This document shows positions 56,517 through 64,000 of a stretch of 64,000 nucleotides of DNA, piece by piece. The stretch covers positions 18,352,001-18,416,000 of the forward strand of contig OX597817.1 in assembly GCA_951406725.2 (NCBI GenBank), read 5' to 3'. The notes beneath the pieces are model-generated. The model saw only the letters and a list, made by a program, of their open reading frames with translations, was not told the origin of the DNA and made no database searches. A program made the position numbers and the translations under genes. The stretch is from Octopus vulgaris (Eukaryota). The stretch's first letter is position 1; every line of letters begins with the position of its first letter.

Positions 56517-57087
56517 AGCGTACACACATATAAGTATCTATATATATGAATAAATATGCTCACTTTTATATTGTATATTGCAGCACAACCAGTAAAACCA
56601 CTTCAGCAGAATGGTTTCCCAGGAGAAACTGTCCCATGTCGCCGAAATTTCTCCTCTGTAATTGAGCTTTTGTGAACTCGTTACTCTGTACTTAATTCGC
56701 GAGTCATAAATTCCTATGCCGGGACTTTCGACTCGATATTTACACCAGGAATTCGGTAATGAACGGTGAAAACACGTATTCCTTCATTAATTCCAAGATT
56801 GATGGCTTTATTTCCTTCGATTTCACATTAAAAATGATTTGCTATTGTTTCTCAAAATCAGAGAAAACAAACGAGGGAGAGAACGGAAGAGAAACAAAAA
56901 CTCTTAATTGTGGTTGTCGTTCTTGTTGTTAGCGTTGTTGTTTCTGTTGTTGTTGTTGTTGTTGTTGTTGTTTTGGCTGTTAGCGTGTTGGGTAATATGA
57001 GTGCACGTGTGTTTTACATAGACTTAAAACCACTTCCATTTCCAACACTATATAAAGTTATATACGTCCATGCATACATACATATAT

Positions 57088-57126
<39 letters not shown>

Positions 57127-57220
57127 TACATACACACATACATACATACATACATACATACATAGATAGATACATACATACATACATACATGCATGCATA
57201 CATAGATACATACATATATG

Positions 57221-57262
<42 letters not shown>

Positions 57263-57379
57263 CATAGATGCATTTATATGTATATATGTATATATATATA
57301 AGAATATATATGTATATATATGTGTGTGTGTATATATATATATGTATGTATCAATGTATGTGCAATTATGTGTATATGT

Positions 57380-57434
<55 letters not shown>

Positions 57435-57500
57435 TGTATGTATACATACACACATATATAAATGTATTTACACAAGTCCATTCACACTTACATATACACC

Positions 57501-57584
<84 letters not shown>

Positions 57585-57719
57585 GCTGGATGTGAAAGAG
57601 AAGGGGAATGAGAGTGAGAGCGAGAGTAATAGCTTGAAACAATAGAAACTTGATAGATTGCGCAGATAAATAACGATTATACATATAGATGGCCGGCGAA
57701 CAAAAATTACATAGTCAGG

Positions 57720-58290
57720 TGAAGAGAGGAGAGAGAGAGAGGGAGAGAGAGAGAGACAGAGAGACAGAGGGAGAGAGAGACAGAGAGACAGAGAGGGAGA
57801 GAGGGGGAGAGAAACAAAGAGAGAGAGAGGGAGAGAGAGTTAGAGAGAGCGATACTCAGGATTTGAGAGAAAGAGTCAGAGAGAGAGAAAGAGCGAGCGA
57901 GAGAGAGGGAGGGAGGGAGAGAGGGAGAGAGAGAGAAAGAAAGAGAGAGAGGGAGAGAGAGAGTGAGTTAGAGAGAGCGGTACTCAGGATTTGAGAGAAA
58001 GAGTCAGAAAGAGAGAGAGAGGGAGAGAGGAAGAGAGAGAAAGAAATAGAGAGAGGGAGAGAAAGTTAGAGAGAGCGATACTCAGGATTTGAGAGAAAGA
58101 GTCAGAGAGAGAGAGGGAGAGAGGGGAGAGAGAGAAAGAAAGAGAGAGGGAGAGAGAGAGGGAGTTTGAGAGAGCGATACTCAGGATTTGAGAGAGAGAG
58201 AGAGAGGGAGAGAAAGTTAGAGAGAGCGATACTCAGGATTTGAGAGAAAGAGTCAGAGAGAGAGGGAGAGAGGGAGAGAGAGAGAGAGCG
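57720..58290. repeat. (GA)-rich tract with five copies of a gagagcgatactcaggatttgagaga unit
   Basis: Units near 57845, 57972, 58072, 58170 and 58221. Confidence 0.92.
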
Positions 58291-58377
58291 ATAGACATAC
58301 AAGGAGACAAACATTGATTAGCGAAGGTAGAATGACGAAAGAGAAAGCAATGTAAGAGATACAGTGTGCTTCTTATC

Positions 58378-59015
58378 AAGGCGGCGAGCTGGCAGAAGCG
58401 TTAGCACCCCGGGCGAAATGCTTAGCAGTATTACGTTCTGAGTTCAAATTCCGCCGACATCGTTTTTTGTTTTTCATCTTTTCGGGGGTCATAAAATAAG
58501 TACCTGTTGAACACTGGGATCGAGGTAATCGACTCACCTCCTACCCCAAAATTGCTACCCTTGTAGCAAAATTTAAAGCCATTATTATTGAAGACGGCGA
58601 GCCGGCAGAATCGTCAGCACATGGGGCAAAATGATTTGAGGCATTTTGTCCGTACCTACGTTCTAAGTTCAAATTCACCCGAAGTCGCCTTTGTCTTTCA
58701 TCTTTTGGGGGTCGATAAATTAAGAAGCAGTTGAACATTGGAGTCTTTGTAATAGATTTGGCCCCTCCCTGAAATTGCAGACCTCGTGCCAAAATTTGAA
58801 ACCATTATCATTGTCATTGAAGGCGGCGTGCTGGCAGAATCGTTAGCAAAATATTTAACGGCAATTCCTCAGTCTTTACGTTCAAATTTCACCGAAGTCT
58901 ACTTTGCATTTCATTCAAATGGGGCCGATAAAATAAGTACCTGTTGGGTATTGAGGTCGATGGACTTACCCTCTCCCACAATTTCAGGCCTTGTGCCTAC
59001 AGTAGAAAGGATTAT
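58378..59015 (+). mobile_element. Three tandem old family B-like SINEs
   Basis: Heads aggcggcgagctggcagaa (58378), gacggcgagccggcagaa (58593) and aggcggcgtgctggcagaa (58821), with an alternative tail ending ...cttgtgcc. Confidence 0.8.
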
Positions 59016-59172
59016 TCTTGGAACGTGAAAATTACAGAAGATTGGAAGGTAAAATACTGAAGGTCGATATATAGAAAAAGACCGAGCGTGTTGTGTGTGT
59101 GGATCATTCATTCATTCATACGGGAAGACATACAAACTGGATTGAGAGATAATGAAAGAGAGAGTTTTAAAC

Positions 59173-59234
<62 letters not shown>

Positions 59235-59411
59235 CGCATACATACATAGACGCGCACACACACACATAATCAACTGAAAACAGTAGCAAATAATATTTTG
59301 TTTGGATGTATTTGTATAAGTTTGTTTATATGGGTTTGAATTAGATGCAAGGATGACAATATTAATGTCAGTGCTGGATATAGTAGTGTTGCTGGAGTTG
59401 GTGCTGTCGTC

Positions 59412-59928
59412 TTCTTCTTTTTCTTCTTCTTCTTCTTCTTCTTCTTCTTCTTCTTCTTCTAATCAGGACTCTCACCATTAGCCATAAAGAATAATTCTCT
59501 AATTCGAGTCTACTCTAAGCTACTAAGAATGCGCATGGCAACTTGAAGATACATCCACCACACGCAATAGACTGGCAGTTGTACGGGCGCGAAAGCTACG
59601 TTGTTATCCTCATTCTGTAAACGGTGGCTTTTAACGGGTGGAGAGCTGAACCATCCTGGAGTACGGAGGATTCGCAATCTAGACTAGAGTCTGAAAGTTT
59701 ACCACACCATAATGGGTTCCTCTGCTTTGTGGCAGAAGTAGGAAGAAAGAGTGAGAGAAAACTGTGGTGAAAGAGTACAGCGGGGTTCACCACCACCCTC
59801 CACCGGAGCCTCGTGGAGCTTAGGTGTTTTTGCTCAATAAACACTCACAATGTCTGGTCTGGGAATCGAAACCACGTTCTTACGACCGCGAGTCCGCTGT
59901 CCTAACCACTGGGCCATTGCGCCTCCAC
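59412..59928 (-). mobile_element. Family C-headed SINE with a different tail ending in (GAA)n
   Basis: Head matches 62902 up to ctctcactct(t/tt)cttcct, then diverges. Confidence 0.8.
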
Positions 59929-60255
59929 TGGTGCTGTTGTTGTCAGTGATGGTCGTTAGGCTTGTAGGTGTTGATAAATTAGTTTGGTAAATAGATAGTA
60001 AAAATTGCAAGGCCCTTAGAAGTACGAGTTCTCATCCCATTGGAATAAATATTCATGTCCTCATTCTTTCAGAATTGACAAATATTCATAGTAACCTAAT
60101 ACTTGCACCAGACAAGGAGATAATTTGATATGAACAGACATACTAATTTGATGCTCTAACAGATTATTCGAATTAACGCTACAGACTAAGATTGAAGGAA
60201 AATGATGAAATATTTTGTTTGTGTGTGGTTGTTATGTACCTTTTATCTGTATGTA

Positions 60256-60660
60256 GGCGCAGGAGTGGCTGTGTGGTAAGTAGCTTGCTCACCAACCACA
60301 TGGTTCCAGGTTCAGTCCCACTGCGTGGCACCTTGGGCAAGTGTCTTCTGCTGTAGCCTCGGGCCGACGAAAACCATGTGAATGGATTTGGTAGACGGAA
60401 ACTGAAAAGAAGTTCGTCGTATATATGTATATATATATATATATATATGTGTGTTTATGTGTCTGTGTTTATCCCTACCCCAACATCGCTTGACAACCGA
60501 TGCTGGTGTGTTTACGTCCCCGTAACTTAGTGGTTTGGCAAAAGAGACCGATAGAATAAGTACTAGGCTTACAAAGAATAAGTCCTGGGGTCGATTTGCT
60601 CGACTAAAGGCGGTACTCCAGCATGGCAGCAGTCAAATGATTGAAACAAGTAAAAGAGTA
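60256..60660 (+). mobile_element. SINE, family A, full length
   Basis: Head through the aaaagagta tail. Confidence 0.93.
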
Positions 60661-60724
60661 TGTTGTAATATTTAAAGAAATATGCTTCATAAGATAATTT
60701 TTCTTTCTGAACAATATAAATCTT

Positions 60725-60907
60725 TGTACTATAGGCACAAGGCCTGAAATCTTTGGGGAGCAGGCTAGTCGTTTACACCGACACCAGTGATCCTGTAAGG
60801 GATGAAAGGCCAAGTTGTCCTTGGCAACATTTGAACCCAGAACGGAGAAACAAAATACTGGTAAGCATTTTGTCCGGTGTGCTAACAATTTTGCCAATTC
60901 GCTGCCC
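60725..60907 (-). mobile_element. Old family B-like SINE
   Basis: ggcacaaggcctgaaat...gatgaaaggc...atttgaacccagaacg...ccggtgtgctaac. Confidence 0.72.
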
Positions 60908-61506
60908 TATATTTGAGAGTACTGTAAAAGGTATAGGTATGTATGTATATATGTATAGACGCAGACAAATACACACACACACACATCAGGTCACCATAAA
61001 TTTTTGATTCGTAGGTGTGATTTTTACTTGATTATTCCTTTTATATGAAATATAAACCAAGAATTTACTTTTCTGGCTCCAAACCAACATGATCTACCAG
61101 AACCAAATTAAAGGTTTCCTAGCCGTTATCATCCCGCTTGCTTGAATACCTCGGCCTGCAGTGACGAGTGTGTTCTCTTTCTTAAGACAAAAGAGATTTG
61201 GCTTCTACATCTCGCAAGTTATTAATAGTTGTTTTGTTGGCTGATGTTTTATTTATTTAGTTCGAGTTGGATGTAATTAAAAAATCAAATTGATATAACT
61301 GAAGGTGTTTGTGAATGTGTTAAATCTCGTTAGGCACTCTCAGGCTATGTCTTTGATGCGTGTTAGAATACTTAGTATGTTGATAACTTCGCACTTGTTT
61401 CAATTATATCATATCAACACACGATGACCATAGAGGAAATATATGAATTCCTTAATAAATATACAAATATACATACATATATGTGTGTGTGTATGTATAC
61501 ATAAAT

Positions 61507-61942
61507 TCTTTTCTACTCTAGGTGCAAGTCCTGAGATTTTGGGGGAAGGGGAGGCCAGTCCATTAGAACGGCCCCAGTACGCACCTGGTACTTAATTTAG
61601 CAATCCTGAAAGGATGAAAAGCAAAGTCGACCTTGGCGGAATTTGAACTCAGAACGTAAAGAAAAACGAAATGCCGTTAAGCATTTCGCCCGGTGTGCTA
61701 ACGTTTCTTATTTCTTTATTGCTCACAAGGGGGCTAAACATAGAAGGGACAAACAAGGACAGACAAAGGGATTAAGTAGATTACATCGACCCCAGTGTGT
61801 AACTGGTGCTTAATTCATCGACCCCGAAAGGATGAAAGGTAAAGTCGATCTCGGCGGAATTTGAACTCAGAACGTAACCGCAGACGAAATACTGCTAAGC
61901 ATTTCACCCGGCGTGCTACCGTTTCTGCCAGCTCGCCGCCTT
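61507..61942 (-). mobile_element. Dimeric family B SINE (young unit + unit with old-type tail)
   Basis: Full unit at 61942-61708, then restart at agaaacgttagcac. Confidence 0.85.
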
Positions 61943-62311
61943 AGTATACATACATAAATTGACACACACATATATAAAATGTGAAATGTACTAGTCTGTT
62001 ATTGGTTTGATCGAGTACTCCATTCAGTGAGAGATAAATTCGAGCTGTTATTGATATGACAACTCGATGGTCGTACAAGTTTGTACAACGTGCCGTATAT
62101 TTCCAACAAAGCATAACATAAAGGTAAAAGATGTGGATTGAGAGAAAAAAAAAAAGAAAATCAAGAGTTGCCTGCCTTCGACTAGTCCGAATTAGAGTTG
62201 GTATAATTTAAGTCAGCGGAGAGAAGGCCAAAGTTTTGTGAGATGCATGTTTAATCCATAGAGCTGGTGTTTACCTGTTCAATGAAAGAAACTTGACCAG
62301 ATTGCTCTATG

Positions 62312-62520
62312 CTCTTTTGCTCTTTTACTTGTTTCAGTCATTTGACTGCGGCCATGCTGGAGCACCGCCTTTAGTCGACCAAATCGACCCCGGGACTTAC
62401 TCTTTGTAAGCCCAGTACTTATTCTATCGGTGTCTTTTGCCGAACCGCTAAGTGACGGGGGCGTAAACACACCAGCATCGGTTGTCAAGCAATGCTAGGG
62501 GGACAAACACAGACACACAA

Positions 62521-62587
<67 letters not shown>

Positions 62588-62753
62588 TACGACAGGCTCC
62601 TTTCAGTTTCCGTCTACCAAATCCACTCACAAGGCATTGATCGGCCCGGGGCTATAGCAGAAGACATTTACCCAAGATGCGACGCAGTGGGACTGAACCC
62701 GGAACCATGTGGTTGGTTAGCAAGCTACTTACCACACAGCCACTCCTGCGCCT
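62312..62753 (-). mobile_element. SINE, family A, full length
   Basis: Matches family A. Confidence 0.93.
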
Positions 62754-62901
62754 GTTTACATTTGATAAGAATTTCTGATGTAGAATTTAGTAAGTCAATA
62801 GAGTTGTTAGATCTAAAAAAGATAGACTAAACCTGCATCTCTTTGACGAATTAAACTATGACTTGGATCGTTTCACGAGGCTTTATGTGATATGTGGTGT
62901 A

Positions 62902-63286
62902 GTGGAGGCGCAATGGCCCAGTGGTTAGGGCAGCGGACTCGCGGTCGTAGGATCGCGGTTTCGATTCCCAGACCGGGCGTTGTGAGTGTTTATTGAGCGA
63001 AAACACCTAAAAGCTCCACGAGGCTCCGGCAGGGGATGGTGGTGATCCCTGCTGTACTCTTTCACCACAACTTTCTCTCACTCTTACTTCCTGTTTCTGT
63101 TGTACCTGTATTTCAAAGGGCCGGCCTTGTCACTCTCTATGTCACGCTGAATATCCCCGAGAACTACGTTAAGGGTACACGTGTCTGTGGAGTGCTCAGC
63201 CACTTACACGTTAATTTCACGAGCAGGCTGTTCAGTTGATCGGATCAACCGGAACCCTCGTCGTCGTAACCGACGGATTGCTTCCA
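62902..63286 (+). mobile_element. tRNA-derived SINE, family C, full length
   Basis: A-box tggcccagtgg, B-box tttcgattcc; 13-bp TSD gatatgtggtgta at 62889-62901 and 63287-63299. Confidence 0.93.
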
Positions 63287-63798
63287 GATATGTGGTGTAT
63301 AGTAGGTCTCCAAGTCCCAGACATGGCTGGCTAACTTCACGCCTTTCTTCTTACTCACATGTCAGAAAGAAGACAGGTGATTAAGATACTTCTTTTTTTT
63401 TTGATTTTTATAAAAGAACACTTTCGCGTATACCAAGATTGGAACTTTATCCATCCTCTACAAAGCCAAAAATATTTTCTGTTTATTTAAAGCATCTGTT
63501 TCATCACAATGATTTTGCATATACATATACATGCACAGACACAAGCACACGAATACATACATGCATACATTCATACATGCTTAACAATAAGATAAGCCAG
63601 AGTTGGAGCAGTGAAAATAAGTTGAAACCAGTTCTTCATATATTTAATATTACTTTAGAAAGGTATGCCAAACGCGACAATCCGATCGAGTAAAAAAATA
63701 AGAACAGAAAATTTCGTTCATTTCACGGTACCTTGTAGGAGTTTTTTCTTTACAGATTAAGGGAAATTTTCCTGAGTGGTTAGCTAGTATTTATGTAC

Positions 63799-64000
63799 AT
63801 CACCGTGATCACCGTGACCGACCAGGCCATCAGATGTTGTTACACATCGCTGGTCACAATGTGCTTCGCATTGTTTTAGCCTTCAAGTGACGCCACCCCG
63901 CTGGCTAAGCGAGCAGGCCAACAGAAAAAGAGTGAGAGAAAGTTGTGGCGAAAGAGTACAGCAGGATCGCCACCACCCCTTGCCGGAGCATCGTGGAGCT
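63799..64000 (-). mobile_element. Family C-core SINE with a fourth tail type, cut by the window edge
   Basis: agctccacga..ctgctgtactctttcgccacaactttctctcactct core, then a distinct tail ending (cacggtgat)2. Confidence 0.82.

Noticed and set aside
57840-58260. CRISPR-like repeat-spacer appearance
   Set aside because: The spacers are GA microsatellite of variable length, the context is eukaryotic and there are no cas genes.
62904-62975. tRNA-like heads of family C/D elements as tRNA genes
   Set aside because: They continue into SINE bodies with TSDs and lack a proper acceptor stem and terminator.

Overview
AT-rich eukaryotic intergenic or intronic DNA, most likely an octopus/cephalopod genome. 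That assignment is inferred from recognising the SINE families; no database search was run. No intact protein-coding gene is supported, and nearly all ORFs in the track are microsatellite or SINE artefacts. The window contains about 30 tRNA-derived SINE copies in four head/core families (labelled A-D here), several with clear target-site duplications (TSDs). It also contains decayed CR1/Jockey-like and R4/Dong-like LINE fragments, a gag-like ORF1 relic, two Tc1/mariner relics (DD36E and DD37D/maT spacing) and two non-autonomous Helitrons. The most notable signal is about 13 minimal type-I hammerhead-ribozyme-like motifs from about 10 different short repeat families. Most abut microsatellites and several sit in fold-back structures typical of Penelope-like elements (PLEs). 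One family joins a tRNA-like Pol III head to a hammerhead-bearing tail, and another copy of that tail is fused to an R4/Dong LINE 3' end. All coordinates and pairings were read by eye and may be off by a few bases.
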